Made by a program: the position numbers and the translations under genes. Below are positions 11,581 to 25,852 of a stretch of 64,000 nucleotides of DNA, one piece after another. The first letter of the stretch is position 1. Every line of letters starts with the position of its first letter. Below the pieces are notes generated by a model, which was not told where the DNA came from, did no database searches, and saw only the letters and a list, made by a program, of their open reading frames with translations. The DNA comes from Camelus ferus. Its lineage: Eukaryota. Location of the stretch: the NCBI RefSeq assembly GCF_009834535.1, contig NC_045697.1, positions 47,122,001 to 47,186,000 of the forward strand, in the 5' to 3' direction.

Positions 11581-14500
11581 GCATCACGCCATCATTTCAT
11601 AGTGATTTACAGAGTACTCACTATATACTGCCCATGGTACTGAGAAATGAATTAGAGAGGACCATAACTAAGATTGTCCTGAGCACAAATGCAGGGCCAA
11701 GGGTTTTTCATAGAGTATCTCTGAACTCCCCACCATTTAGGCTCCCACAACATCAAGGTGAAAATGCTCTGGAAGGTTTTCTAATCTTTCCTCTTCAGTC
11801 TTTTTAACCACATCTTCAAAAATGTTCCCCTTGCTTTCCATGTCCGATCACTGTTATGACTTCCTACCAAATCAAAGATATGCAACCAAAGCTCACGCCC
11901 TGGATTTCTTATTTCTCCTCCCATTTCTTCCTTCATCCTGTTTCATAGTTTCAACTATAGCTTGAATGCAAAAACAAACAAAACAAAACAAACAAGGAGG
12001 GATTTTTAAAGATACAGTCCAATCTCTTTTCGTACATAAAGAATCTGAAACTAGGAAAAAGCTGAATGACTTGCCCAAGTTTAAGGCCATAGTGATTTCT
12101 CTGCTGATGACACTAGTTTAAAACTCTCACCTGTAAATTCTACAATTCAACTACCAGTAGAATATCATTACCAGCAAACATTCAATATAGCTTAGCACCA
12201 ACCTTCTACAAAATACAACCACATACTTGTCCTGTGTTTTTTTTTTGTATCCCCTTTACAAAGCTACCTCTGAAAAGTAAAAACAAACAAACAAAAAAAC
12301 TAATAAAATGAGCACAGTATTGTTTCTATTTCAGCAAATAGTTATTTGTTGAATACGCTGTACCTAAGTATTTAATAATCTGTAGGGTTAAGTTCTAGAA
12401 ATATTATAAGGCTTTATCAAAAATGAATATTCAACTTTACAAAATATGGAAGATTAACTTCCAGAAAAGTCCCTGCTTCCTCATATATAAAATAAGGACA
12501 ATAATGGGACTTACCTGATAGAGCTGAACATTAATAAAATTCATCTTATCTAGTGAAAGTTCATTAACTATTAAGGTGTGAGAGAGAGAAAGTTTATATT
12601 AGATTATCAAAGTATATTGATAATGAATTCATTCATCAAGGTATTGTACAGCATACAAAGACAAGACATTTCCTGACTTCAAGAAGCCTATCATTCACTT
12701 TAATAGTTGTGAAACCCATGTACCAATCCTGATTCTAGTGATCTGGGAAAATGATTGACAACATAAAAACAATTGGGAGGTTCTGAAGAACCAGCTTACC
12801 TAACCAAACGAATTTAAGAACACGAATTCACCTATTCCATGCTCAAGTTCTCATTAAGGATATTTCTAGATGTTAAAATTTCAAAGACATGACAGTCTTG
12901 CACAGTCCAAAAGAGGATTCCAAACTTAAAAGCTAAAATTTATATCAATTTTCATAGGCTTTCATACACTTATTATTAGTATCTTTTAAAACAAATACAT
13001 TGTGAAAAGAATGAGATACTAGTTCATGCCACACTATTTTAAATAAATATTGCAAATGTATCCGTAAATTACATAAGTGAAACTTTATAAACTATATCCA
13101 AAAATTTGAAATATTTAGAATATGTCCCAAAAATGTGGGGAGAGGAGCATATTTGCATTATACCATTCGTATTACCTTCTTCTAATCAGGTTTCTATCTT
13201 TTAGAGGACAGTTCTTTTAGTTATAAAACAGGTGGTACGTTTTTAATCATATAAGAAGCTTCCAGTTTCAAGAATATTTTGTTCTGATGTTCTTTTTCTT
13301 GCTATCGGATTATAGGGGATGAATGGCTTGAAACTGCTATTATAATTACATGCCTTCTGTTGTCTCATCATTTAGGGTATAAGGGAGGGGCTGGAAGACT
13401 TTACAGCTCACTTAGAATTGGAAGCATACTGCCTGCCATCATTTCTCAGCAATTTACCATGCCAGACCCAAGGATTAGTGGATTAGAAGGTTTTATCAAA
13501 ATCTGTACGATTTCTCTGAAGTCAGGCCAAATGACAGGCCTGTGTGTAAGAAGAGAATCATACTGGTTGTGAGCAGTATTTGCCAGCCACGTTAAAAATG
13601 CCATAAAACCAGCATTTCTATTACATTACTCGTATTACTGTAGATTTTTATTTGAAACAGGCCACTTAACACCTTTATTCATTTTGCTACTATTTACAGA
13701 GCAGAATTTAACATAAGACAGAGCTGGATTCCTACTTATAAACAATCTGATCTTAGGCCATTGACCCCCTCTCTGAGCCTCAGTTTCCACTGTATGTATA
13801 TAATAGAGTTCCATAAATGGTAACCATTATTGCTGACATTCTGGAACAGAAAAATTCTTCATCTTCAAGAATTACTAGAATCTAAAGGTAAAAACAATAC
13901 ACCTCATCATGGCTTATAAGCATTTAGACTGACAACCTGTAATAATTTATGTTCCAACAAGTATTTGCTATATCTAATGTGACCTTTCCCAACCCGAAAT
14001 TCAATTCCACTTCCTGTCAGATGACATGACACAGGAGGTAAGTCTGGAGTTTGGGAGAGTAGGGGAGGGAAGTTCACTAAACCTAATTAAAAATGAACTG
14101 CAATACAAGAAATCTAAAATCTCAGTGACAAAATTCTTCAAATACGGTGTGTTTCAGAAGTTGAGAGTGTTTATTAAAGTGAGATGGTCTACGCTGTAAT
14201 TCACAGAGCCACACATCTCACGTTAGTATACAAACTAACTGTGGCACGACGCCTCAGGGAGAAGGAAGGCTGGGTGTGTTTCAGGACTGGGAACAGACAC
14301 CATGCTTTTAACATGATGTTTATGTGGACACTGTCCTGAATACTGATAGCTAATGCTCTAGTAAAAACAGAAATGGCACCACTAAAACAGCTCTTGGTAG
14401 GGGACAGCTTCACAAACAGGTTCTCCACTTTATTGAAAGGTTTCATTCAGTTAATTAGCCTGTTATTACTGGAACTCTGTACTACTAGTTGGAGAGCAGC

Positions 14501-15289
14501 TACAAAACTTATTTAACACTAAGATTTTGGAATTTAGTGGTAAGTAGGAACAATACTATTTAATAACACTACCACCACCACCAATCACAACAGCAACCAA
14601 CATCAAGGATGTTTGTGTGTCTGTGTATAACATTTTCTCGTTTGGTCCTTTCATAATCTCATCAAATAGCTAATATTATCCCCAGTTTAAGAAACCCTAC
14701 AAGAAATCAGGCCACACCCAGTATCACATGGTTAATCTGTGACAGAACTAGGATTCATACCCCAGGCTTTATCATTCCAAAGTAAATTGTTCATTGTGAT
14801 ACACCTCCCTACTCATATCAGTTTAGTAACCTACAATAGAAGGCATATATAATCTCATTATAATTAAAATACCAATTTATGGACTAAGATATTCCCTTTA
14901 TATACAGCACCAGATTTTTGGTGTAATTACTTGATTTCTGTATAAATGAGTAATTATAAAATTTAATTTTGCCCATAAAGAAATGTCTAAAAATAAGAAA
15001 AGCTAGATTTGATTCATTTTAAGACAAGGTCTACCAAAATATTATCTTCAGCTAAGCTTCCTAAAAAGTCTGAAAGTGACATCATAGCTAAGGCAACAAA
15101 CAGAAAGATGCATCTGTTTGGACAAACTAAGGCAGGCTGCTGACGGTAGCAGATCCGCAGTACACACGGCTAAGAAGGAGCAGCAGCAGGTATTTTCGCC
15201 TCTGGACCACAGAGGTGTGGGGCCTGGGGTTACGAGCCCACGGGGCAGCCATTCCTCTAGCTGCAACTCCTTCCCTCTTTTTTGGAAGC

Positions 15290-16200
15290 TAGACTTCAAC
15301 GAAGCAGGAAAATTCACAAGGAAAATTATGTCCAACATAGAACTAGTCACCCTGACAAATTATCAGTCAAGTGCTAGGTTAGGGAAAAAAAGATATTTCT
15401 AGGCAGCAAAGTTTAAAAGTTTTCCTCTCATGTATATATACTTTCTCAAGAAACTACTAGAGGAGTTGCTCTACTAACCAAGAAGGAGGAAGAGAGGAGA
15501 TCCAAGAATTCCCAGAAAGATCAGTGGGTAAAAGGAAACACTAGGATGATGAGTGTGTGGCAGACACAGGAAGCAACCAACTCCCACTGCAGAGCTCCAT
15601 GGGAGACGTAATCGAGCAAAAATGAAAACGACAGCCACATTAAACTGGGAGGAAATTTACACTTCTAAGCGGAGATGATGAATCAACGACAGGGTACATA
15701 GAAAACCAAGGGAACAAAAACACAGTCATTTTTATAGACATCATTAAAATTAACTCCAGGAAAAATAAAACCTTAGAGAAGAAAGGAAATGTTATCATGG
15801 CATACTGGACCTCAGTGGTGACAAATATTTACATATTCAGAAAATGTACACATTGAACACTGGCAACCAACAACTGTGTCAGAGCTGTACTGGAAGGCAG
15901 GGAAAGGACATGTGCTTCTGATTCTGGCTGAGTGCTAACAGTGTAATTAATCTCCACCATCATTTTCCATAATAGGAAGTCTGCAGATATTATCTAAAAT
16001 TGAAGAAAAAAGTAAGAAATTGAAGAATAAGTATGTCATACATATTAAAGTGTCGGAAGTGAAATATTACCTCTAGGGAGTTTGAACAGGGTAAGGGGAC
16101 AGGGACGGAGCAGGCGGAGAAATGACGTTTTTCAGTATAAGCCTTGTTAAATCCAACTTTTTAAAGCAGATACATACATTATTTTTACCTAAAAACTTAG
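15290..16200 (+). mobile_element. Old L1M/HAL1-like ORF1 and 3' remnant
   Basis: A-rich, ORF1 C-terminus-like ...aaattatcagtcaagtg...ttctcaagaaactactagaggag. Confidence 0.45.
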
Positions 16201-17984
16201 GTTAAAAATAATTTTATAAAATTATGATAAACTGAAGAAAAGCAAAGTAAAAACTAATCCATTCTAATTTCAAAGTTAAGATTAAAAGTTTTAATGGAAA
16301 TTTTTCTTTCAAAATAAAAAGAACACAACTCACAAAGCCGGTGTGAGGAGCACTAGATTCAGGACAGCGGGTCTTCTTAAATGCATTTTGCCTCTAAAAT
16401 TCTTACAGCATCTGCCTCATGACTGAATTTATCTTATTCTCTATGGGGTTTACCCAAAATTAAATTACGTTCAGTAATTGTCAGCTCTCAAGATTCAAGT
16501 AAGCTGGCTTATCAGATACACATCACTCTGTATTGTACACAAACACACACTCACTTAGACCTAGTTTCTTACCTTCCTTCTGTCCTAGTCCTATAAATCT
16601 CCAGATGCTCACACTGCCAGGTGCAAGACATTTTCATTGGGTAGAAATCCTTTTTCTTTTTCCAATTTTTTCCTAAAGCTTATGAAGAAGTTAATTTTTG
16701 TTTCAGAGATTTAATTATTTTACTATTAGAAGAAAATAAATGCCTTCAAATAGTTTACTGTTATTTAAAAAATATTTATAACAAAGTATTTCTAGCTTGG
16801 TGATGAACAGGTCAGTGGCAGTAAGTTATTCTGGGATTTTTAAAATTTTAATTATGTATTTTGAATCTGATAAAAATAAATTAACAATGCTAATATAGCA
16901 AAGTGATCATCTTTTCTTCTCTCTGAAGGCACATTTCTCTGGTGACCATTTATCTCCTTTATTCAAGCCTATGTACTCAATTTTTCATAACCAAACTATT
17001 CCAACGTTCATATTAGCACTAAATCTAAAAATATTTTTGGAGGGGTAGCACTGATATCAAAGGACATTTTTATGGTCATTGACCTAACACTAAGGACGGT
17101 GAATTTTTAGGAATAGTCATACTTTGTTCATACATCCAGTGAATATTTAAATGTACTTACTGGATTAGCTACGGGGAAGGATTCAAAGAAAACTCATGTT
17201 TTCAACCCTTAATAAGCTTAAAATCTAATAAAGATGTTAAATACAGCAAAAGGAAAAAAACAGCAGGAATCAAGCTCAAATCTGTGAGCGTATTTCTAAC
17301 CTCAAAAATCCTAGGCCAACCCCAAAATAAGGTAGTCCAGGGAAAAAGGCAAATCAGTGAGGCTTACTCTAATTCCTGATTCTACTCTTCACTTCCCCAG
17401 GTTCTTTCTGAGCTATTAGAGAACAGAGAAGACGTCATACAGATCCGTGCAAACCCAAAGGATTATGCAATTCCCTCCAGAGAATGAATGAGAGCTAGCG
17501 CTGAACCCGCTTTCTGCCACAAATCGATCAATACGAAGTCACCGTGTTCTGGAGAGCCTTTGAAGACCATCTGAACTATTAGAATTTTTTTTAAAAGGTA
17601 ACATTTTATGACCTAGGGTATTGGAGGAGTGAGGGAATGCATCTATGCAGATAAAACAGACACAGAAAACTGTCTTCCCCAGTTAATGATATCATGTCAT
17701 TCACAAAAAAGATAACTGGAAGAAAATGAACAGAAAATGACCAAAAAAAAAAAAAAGGACTATTTTCAATAAATGTCAGAGAGTAAAAACACAGAATGTG
17801 AAAGTATGTAGGTAGAAACACTCTTAGTTACTGTGCTACATGTTCTGGATAACCAAATCTGAATGATGAAAGGCTATGACATTGCCTCAATGTACTCATC
17901 AGAAATTCCGGACGCCTATGTCTTATTTTGGCGTTACATTCATGCATTTTTCTTTTGTTGTTCCCTCTCGCACATATTTCTTTA

Positions 17985-18048
17985 AATGATAGTGATGATG
18001 TTACATATGTAACTTGCCCAAGTGAGAAATAAAAGAAACAGAACCAAA
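17985..18048 (-). repeat. Intronic duplicate of exon 15 3' end and donor region
   Basis: 59/64 identical, ungapped, to 18766-18829 by hand alignment. Confidence 0.92.
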
Positions 18049-18798
18049 GAACATGGTTGACAGTTACCTTGAATATATGAAACAAAACTTTTACCTTCTA
18101 GCAAAGCATGATTTCCTCCAATACAGTTCCCTTTTTTTAAGATTAAACTCAGGTTTTCCACTATAACCATATACACAGACGAATCCATTTATGACAAAGA
18201 GGTGTCCAACTCCATCCTAGGATCTTCGCCAGTGCTAACTGGGTAATTACTTTGAAAATACTATTACAAATATTTTTTAAATAGTGGATAATAACAACTT
18301 TTACATTTTGGCTTAAAATCAAAACAAGGATGTAAGAAGAAAAGAGTAGGTAATTTATCACAAATTGTGACAAGTACAAAATCACTAATACTTTTTAAAT
18401 GCGGCTACAAGAGCATGTATAAACTAGGAAAACAGAATATTTAAACAAAAGCTAAGTATAAATTGTCTTTAAACATATCTTAATATTAAAAGGGAGAGAT
18501 ATTTTCATGCATAAATTTTTTCAGTAGTACCCAATAGTCAAGGCAGAAAGAAACAGTTATAGTTCCATTATGCAAATCTGCATTTTTCTGGGTTGGCAAA
18601 AGGCACAAATTGAAGAACCCACTGGAAAGAACGTTTGGAAGACTAGAATGGCTATAGGTTAAAATAATTTCCTGTTCTATTTTCCGTAACTAACACTTGA
18701 TTCTTACTTTGACTTTACATGAATAAAGTTTCTGGCTCTTGTGATCGTTCTTGTGTGTACTTTTTAATGATAGTGATGACGTTACATATGTAACTTGC

Positions 18799-18909
18799 CT
18801 GAGTGAGAAATGAAAGGAACAGAACCAAAAGGATCTTCTGGAGGATGCTCATGTGGAGCAGAAAGTGGCTCTACATTCTTATCTGAGGGTGCTCTCTCCT
18901 TGAGCCTAT
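18799..18909 (-). CDS. BMP2K: BMP2K exon 15 (long isoform; GC donor)
   Basis: 111 nt, ttgcag| ... CAG|gcaagt; (N)RLKERAPSDKNVEPLSAPHEHPPEDPFGSVPFISHS(G); phases fit exons 14 and 16. Confidence 0.93.
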
Positions 18910-19484
18910 CTGCAAAAATAAGACGAAACAAAACAAAAAGTAAAATAAAAACAAAAGGATCTTTAAATTTAAAAAAAGTGTCATACAGTTAAATAAAAGT
19001 GAAAATTAAACAAAGCAATAGCCTTCTTGAAAAATTTTAGATTCAAAGTTCATTTGTTTAAGTATTAGGGGGTGGTCCTGAGTTTAATGCATATTTGATG
19101 CTACGAAGCCGAGTTTAACAATATAATCACAGTGCTAGATTTCACTAAATACAATTAACCTAATAAATGACTTGCTTTGGTTTACTTAAATACCAGTTGT
19201 CTTTCAGTTGTAACATATTGGATCTGAAGTTAAACCCAGATTACTAAACAGAGACGTATTTGGCAGACTTTCTCCAAAAATACATACGGAAAAAATATTG
19301 CAAATGGTCACTCATTCATAAAATAAGTAAATCTTATTTCTCAATAGCAATAAAAAGTAACTCATTACACATTACTTCATTATATGTCACTGTTCATTTC
19401 TCATATTATTTTGTTAAACCATTCTCACACATGCAGATACAAAGATGGAGATGTTTCTCTACTAAATTAAAAGCCTTAACAACA

Positions 19485-19880
19485 GAATTCATTCTTTCAC
19501 TCAGCAAATGGTAGAGCATCTAGTATGTGCCAGTCACTCTTCTAGGCAACAGCCATGCAACGTCAAACAAAAAGAGGACTCCTGCCCTCGTGGAGTTTAT
19601 ATGCTGGCATGGAAAAACAACCGATAAGCAACGAACGTAATGAGAAATATGGACAGTACGTTTAAAAAGAAAAAAGCTAGAAAGAAAAATGTAGACAACC
19701 TAAAAGCAACTAAGGGAGTGGGCACAGGCTGCAGTAACAGAGTGGTTCTAATAGGTACCAGGTGAGAAAAGACCCCAAGGAGGCGGGAGTAGATGACCCC
19801 TGGGGAAGATCACGCCAGGCAGAGGAAGAGCTAAAGCAAAGGCTGGCAGCAGCGCCGGGTCTGCTGTGTCTGAAGTAGAG
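19485..19880 (-). mobile_element. LINE-2 3' fragment
   Basis: attcattc...cagcaaat...gagcatctagtatgtgccag...cctgccctcgtggagttta. Confidence 0.65.
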
Positions 19881-20237
19881 TTACTGAAGTACCTTAATTC
19901 CCTGGTAGTGAGTACTTTCCCCTGTTCTTAATCTCTGCACACTTCAGGCACTTTATCAGTTGAGAACTTCCAGATTTTATAAGATGTCTATCTACCCTCT
20001 GATTCTTAGTAATCAAACATACAATTAGGGGCCCAATCTGCCCTTACAGATATTTTAAACATTCCCAGGACTATACTTCTCATATTTAAGGAATTATATG
20101 GGTAAATTATGCTGGTTTCATTTGAGTTCTAACGGATTACAAGATGGGAAGGGAGAATCCAAACAGAATTCTCTAAAAAATGACTTATAAGCACAGAGTG
20201 AAGCAAAAGCCCCCAGTGAAAGCAGCAATCTCTTAGA

Positions 20238-20410
20238 ACAGTGCTTCTCAAATTTAACGTGCATTCTAACCACTCAGGGATTTGTTAAAATGCAGAGTCA
20301 GACTGGATGGTGCTGGAACAGATGTTGAGATTCTGCACTTCAACAGGCTCCCAGATGATGTGACATTGCTGGTCCAGGGAGCACATTCGTGAGTAGGCCA
20401 CAGCCTAGAG
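20238..20410. mobile_element. MER5A-like hAT DNA transposon
   Basis: cagtgcttctcaaa...ttgttaaaatgcaga...ttctgcacttcaacaggctcccagatgatg...gctggtcca. Confidence 0.75.
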
Positions 20411-22732
20411 TCTACAATATCCTGAAAATACTTCATTCTTGCTATGGACAACCGATTCTTTAAACACCATCACTACACAATTATCCGCTTGTATGGCTAA
20501 AACTAATTCTGCAACGTCCACATGAAACTTTGGGTTGTCTAAAATTTTAACTTAAAATTTTGTTGAAGCACTAACTAATATTTTAAGGCAACTCGTCTGA
20601 TAACTGATTTATTCACAAATGAAACTTCCAAAACTTAAGAGGCTCTTTTTAAATCCAACAGAGAAATGGATAACAATGAAAATTTATTTTAGGTGTTCTT
20701 TTTCAAGATACTAACTGTATATTTAATTCAGGAAATCAGTAACAAATGGTGATTGTACTATGAAAAAATGCTTCTTTCATATTTTGTTGTCCTGACTCGC
20801 ATTGAGAAGAACTTAGTTTCATAGCACTTTTCTGAAAAAAATAAGGTTGGAGAACACTTTATATAACCAAGGGTCTTTAATTTATTGTGGTGGGAAGCCA
20901 CAACCTGACCTTAAGGAGAGGCCTAAGATTCACTGAGTCACAGAGGATGCCTGTGGGTTACCAATTTTATTGGGCTCTGGGTACATTTATAGAGCAACTG
21001 TAAAACCAGGGTTTATTCCTTGTATCAGAGACCTCCTGGACTGCCCCCTATCCTTCCTCCATCTCCCAAATTCTGGTGTACAAAAGAGTGAGGACAAAGC
21101 AAAAAGACACTGGCGATGGACAAATGGGAGAGACTACCTCAGAGTGAAAGCCACAGCCTATCAATGCCCAAGATCCTTCATTCTTGAATATTGAGACCGA
21201 GTATATAAGGATACATATATTTATATATAAGTATATAGGTATTTAGGTCTAAATTAGGACCAGATTCCCTTCCTAAACCATCTGCATCATAATTGCCAGG
21301 ATTCCTGTATAAAATGAAGTTACCTGGGCCCTATAACTGACCTAATGAATCAGATGATCTGAGTAGGATCTTAGAAATCTACATATTAACATACTCTCCA
21401 GGTTTATAAATCACTTGTTCCCAATTGTTCCCAGCAGATAAAAATGCTAAGTTACCACTAAGGTTCTTTGAATCCTCATGCTGTGGTGTATTATCTCCAT
21501 CCATCTATGATAAAGTCATGGCAAATGTATAAAAAGCATCATGTCATTATGACAAGAGTACAAACACTATCTTGTAGGGGTAAACAAGTATTTTTTTATA
21601 TGGGATCCCCATAATTAAAAATAGGAAGATAGTGTTCTATACAAAGTTCATTTATCCAATTATTTCAAAACAGGAATCAGAATAAACTCACTATAAAATG
21701 AATCATGTTCTCATTGTTCCACAAAACAGAGCACCAATTTTCCCATGGAGGATTTTTTAAAAATCATTTAGATTTCTAAAGTTCACATGATAATCTGGGT
21801 CCCAGGGCACAAAATTAAAAAAATAAAAATACACATTAATTTTTTAAATTATCAATTACCTATAAATAAAAACTAACAAAGTGGCAGAGTTATTTTTCAA
21901 ATACAGAGTTACTCCTAAGGTGTATCTAAGTTCCATTTTCAAAGAATAGGTTTTCATTAGAGCAAAACCTGAGCCTGTTTTGTCCAACGTATGAAACTTA
22001 CCTCTTCCTGCCTCCCTAAAAGAGTTGTGTGGTGAATAAAGACAGTATCTTTTCAAGAATTTTAATTGACAAAGATGGCAAAAATATAGGATTTAAAATC
22101 CTTGAATCAAAGGGTATTTCATAATATCATCAGACGATTAATATACTGTAAAAAGTTAATTCAGCAGCTTAAACGGATAAAGGCTTGAATAGCCAAACGG
22201 TTAATGAATAAGACTAAAAAGTACAGTATTCACCTGATACTTCTAATACTGTTCTAAAATACCTGAAAAGTTCTGTTATTCTGCACTAAAGGAACAATGA
22301 TAGGTCTGAATTAGCTTGAAATGGTGAGAGTTCATGTTTTACAACAAACTAATTATATATACAGAAGTTTGTATCTATTTCACACTGTGGCTTCAGAGGA
22401 AAAAACCAACACATTCAGTAGAATTTGCAAAGCAGCCACAGTCTTCAATTTCTTCTACTCTTCCCCTTAGTTATTCTGATGCAAATGTAAACAGAAACAA
22501 TAAATCCATTAACAAGAAAATAATATTCCATTAAGTATTACTTTTAATTAATATTAAGAGCTACACAACTATTTGAATAAATGCAAGTTAAAAAGATTTC
22601 CCACAGCAAACACCTGTATTCTAATTAGTGTTTAATGTATTAAATATTATGACAATTAGATTTCTAAAGTTTACATACTAATCTGGATATTCTGATACAA
22701 AAGACCATGAAAAATACAAACTTAAACTTAAA

Positions 22733-22778
22733 ATATATATATATATTTTATATATTATATATATATATATTATATATA
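22733..22778. repeat. Imperfect (TA)n microsatellite
   Basis: Direct reading. Confidence 0.85.
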
Positions 22779-24829
22779 AAATTGAGACTAGCTTTATTAA
22801 CAATGCTTAATTTCAATTTAATGTTTTGGTCTTAAATAGGAACAGGTAAAAAATTCTGAACCATAAATAATATTCAGTTACACTGAAAGCCAAAACAAGA
22901 AGAATCAGGTTTATATTTTACATGTTAAATCCCTTTGCCAGCTGGATTCAACCGTTTTCTTAAAGATCACTAAGAAACAGTTTTTGTTACCAACTACCAC
23001 TATTTTGGAATTTTAGTATCTCAAAATATAATTTTTAAATTACCTTCTGAATAATACAACAAGTAAACAGCATCCTAGACAGCATTTCTTTTTTCTTTAA
23101 ATAAATAACCATGTCCCAGTGGCACTGTTTCATGCAGAACAATCATTACATGGCAATGGCTACATTTTTAAGAACCATACATAAAGGTACTCAGTTTCTC
23201 ACTGGAAAGCTTTCATAAGCAAAATGTAAGTTATCTTCAAAAGGACTTTAGAAAATTGTTGATAAATATCTGTGCTGAGGAAAAAGATGAATTTGATATT
23301 TCAAACACATCAATAATTTACTCATTGGTTTTGGAAAAAGTTGACAGGGACAGAGGAGCCAACCAGTAAAGACCAGCAATCAATTTTCATGACACCGATA
23401 GTCCTACTGCACCTCAAGGTTCTGGAAGAGGTCTTTTGCCCATTCCTGTAATTTAAACCCTATCAAGTAGATCAAATATTAGATACCTTATTGCCTGTGA
23501 GTGAAAGAGGTGCTAAAGATGACTATTACAATTCAGCCAGATTTGGGAGAAAATCCTTCTAAACTATATTCTACACATTATTGATTCCTTTAGAAACTTC
23601 ATTAAAGACAGTTCACCTCTTTGAACCCCATTATTATGACTATCAATGATTAAGAGAAAAACAGGCATTTTTCCATCTCCTTCCATGCTGTCATATGTCA
23701 CTTCCACTATTGATGTGTTTGCCCACAAAGCCCCTTCTATTTGGTTTTTTAATTGCCAGCTGAGAAACTTGATAATTTAGATATAATCTTAAAATGCTGG
23801 TTATCAGGCAATAAATTCAGAAGTCAACACCCAAAGGCTTACACAGAAGGTGAGAAAAGCAGAAGTGGCCTTTATGAAATGTCCAGACTCTTTAAAGATA
23901 CGATTTTATTTAATTTTCTTGACAAGCCTATGAGGTAAGTATCATTATACCCAGTTTATAAGTGAGTTAATGAGACAGCAGTTAGTGACTTTAGGGAGAT
24001 TAAACCTAGTTAAATGACATGGCCAGGTATCAGAATTCATGTTTTCTTATACTATGTGCCCATTTAAGTACATCAGCCTAGTGACAGTGATTTCAGTAGC
24101 TCAGGGGCCATCTGGGCAGTTTTCCAAATGGCTAAGTTGCTCCAAGTCTAACCTTCAGATAAGGTTCCTCCTGCACTTTCATTTGGAACTTATTATCTTT
24201 CCATAATTAATACTGCAATGAAGCCTGAACTTTCTTTGGCATACGCATGTGTGTACAAATACATACACAAATTACACATGTAATCTGACCTTGAAGTTTG
24301 AAAGCAAATAGCTGGTTAAGAGTTCTGCATGCTAAACCCAATTTTTATGAAGTTAGGTGTACATGCCACTCTTGCCAATGCACAGTAACTAACATTTGGG
24401 TATCACTACAAATTCTACGGAGCTTACAATAACATTTTTATAAGGTACAAGATAATGTGACTACTATACCCATACCATAATAGATTTTTTTTTTTTAAGG
24501 TGGAAGGAGGAACTTTTTACCTAAGGAGTAGAAAATTCTGATTTAGCAAACCTTTAGTTACCATCCTGGTCAAGACACATTAAAATGAATATTTTATTTT
24601 TACCTTTTGCTTTAAAAATAATCCCATAAATTATAATAATTGGTTATTTCCTGTATCTCCCTGCCATCTTCCCAATATAAAGAGATTCCTTATTTCCTTT
24701 TTTAAAACCTTGCTTTTGGGAGCACTCAATATAAATTGTAGGAAAAATGCCAAACAAAAAAAGTTGTGGTTTAAAAAAAATTTTTTAATAAAAAAAAAGT
24801 AAGATTGGTTTTATCAAAGTTAACAAACC

Positions 24830-24835
24830 TTTATT
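24830..24835 (-). terminator. Candidate polyadenylation signal of short isoform
   Basis: AATAAA on minus strand about 1 kb after the BMP2K-S stop, followed by U-rich runs; alternatives at 25581-25586 and 25368-25373. Confidence 0.5.
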
Positions 24836-25852
24836 AAAGGCTCAGAACTCGTTTTTATATCTGTACTTCATCATCAATTTAATGTTCTTCAATATCATAT
24901 AACCAATATGTAAAATACAAATTTAAATTCCAAACAACTACCCTTACATGAATTCAGGGCATTTATAAACTTTACATAAAATATATACCAATTTGGAACA
25001 AAGCATTTCATCTAATAAACATTCTCATAAGGCCAGTTCCCCAAAACAAAACAGAAACTAGGAACTATACCTAGGGACCATTAAGACCTCCTTTTCACAC
25101 GCAAAATGGGAAAACACATTTGGCACCCATGCACACACACATATACACACAAGTCTCAGAAACCTGACAATTACCTCCATACTCCAGGAGTGAGCTTTTT
25201 GCTCCTGTTTTGCAACTTCCTCAAAACACTCCACACATTCATTCTCCAAAAAAAAAAATTTTTCTAAAACATGTACGGTGAGGCTTGACATATATATTAG
25301 GCAGTTTAAGAAAAGGCAATGATTTCAAGTAAAAACATTGAGATATCTGATTTAAAACGGAAAAGAATTTATTTCACTTTTGCCATACCGGACAACAAAG
25401 CAGCCCTTTTATGTCACCGCTCGTTAAAAGGGCATTACAAGACATTAACATAATGCAGCAGCCCATGTTTTCTTTCAGGCACTTTCAAAGGGCATCTCAG
25501 ACCCACAGTATCTTCTATTGGGTGTGCAAGGAAACAGAGCTGCAAAATGATTAGTAAGGCAAGATACTAAAGTCTCCCTTTTTATTTGAACATTGTTATC
25601 CACGTTTTGGAGATATTCTGAATTAACATTCAAAGATACGCAGTATTTAAGTGTTAGGAATCAGCATATTATCAGCAATCTTGGGTTTAACAGCTACTAT
25701 CAAGCAATTGATTTCTAATGCACACAACATAGTTCGCTAGTATATGTAAAAGAAGATGGCCTGAATTTTGCCCTCAAATGCACAAAAAGAATTTTCTATT
25801 TACCACCCCAAAACAGTCTTTGGCCTTGCTGAATAATTATAGAGCTGTTATT

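Noticed and set aside
18773..18802. GTGATGA ... CTGA resembling C/D snoRNA boxes
   Set aside because: Boxes only about 20 nt apart, antisense to the host gene, no terminal stem
23380..23450. Possible cryptic exon ttacag|GAATGGG...GAG|gtgcag on the minus strand
   Set aside because: Poor polypyrimidine tract, weak donor, stop in the frame joined from exon 14
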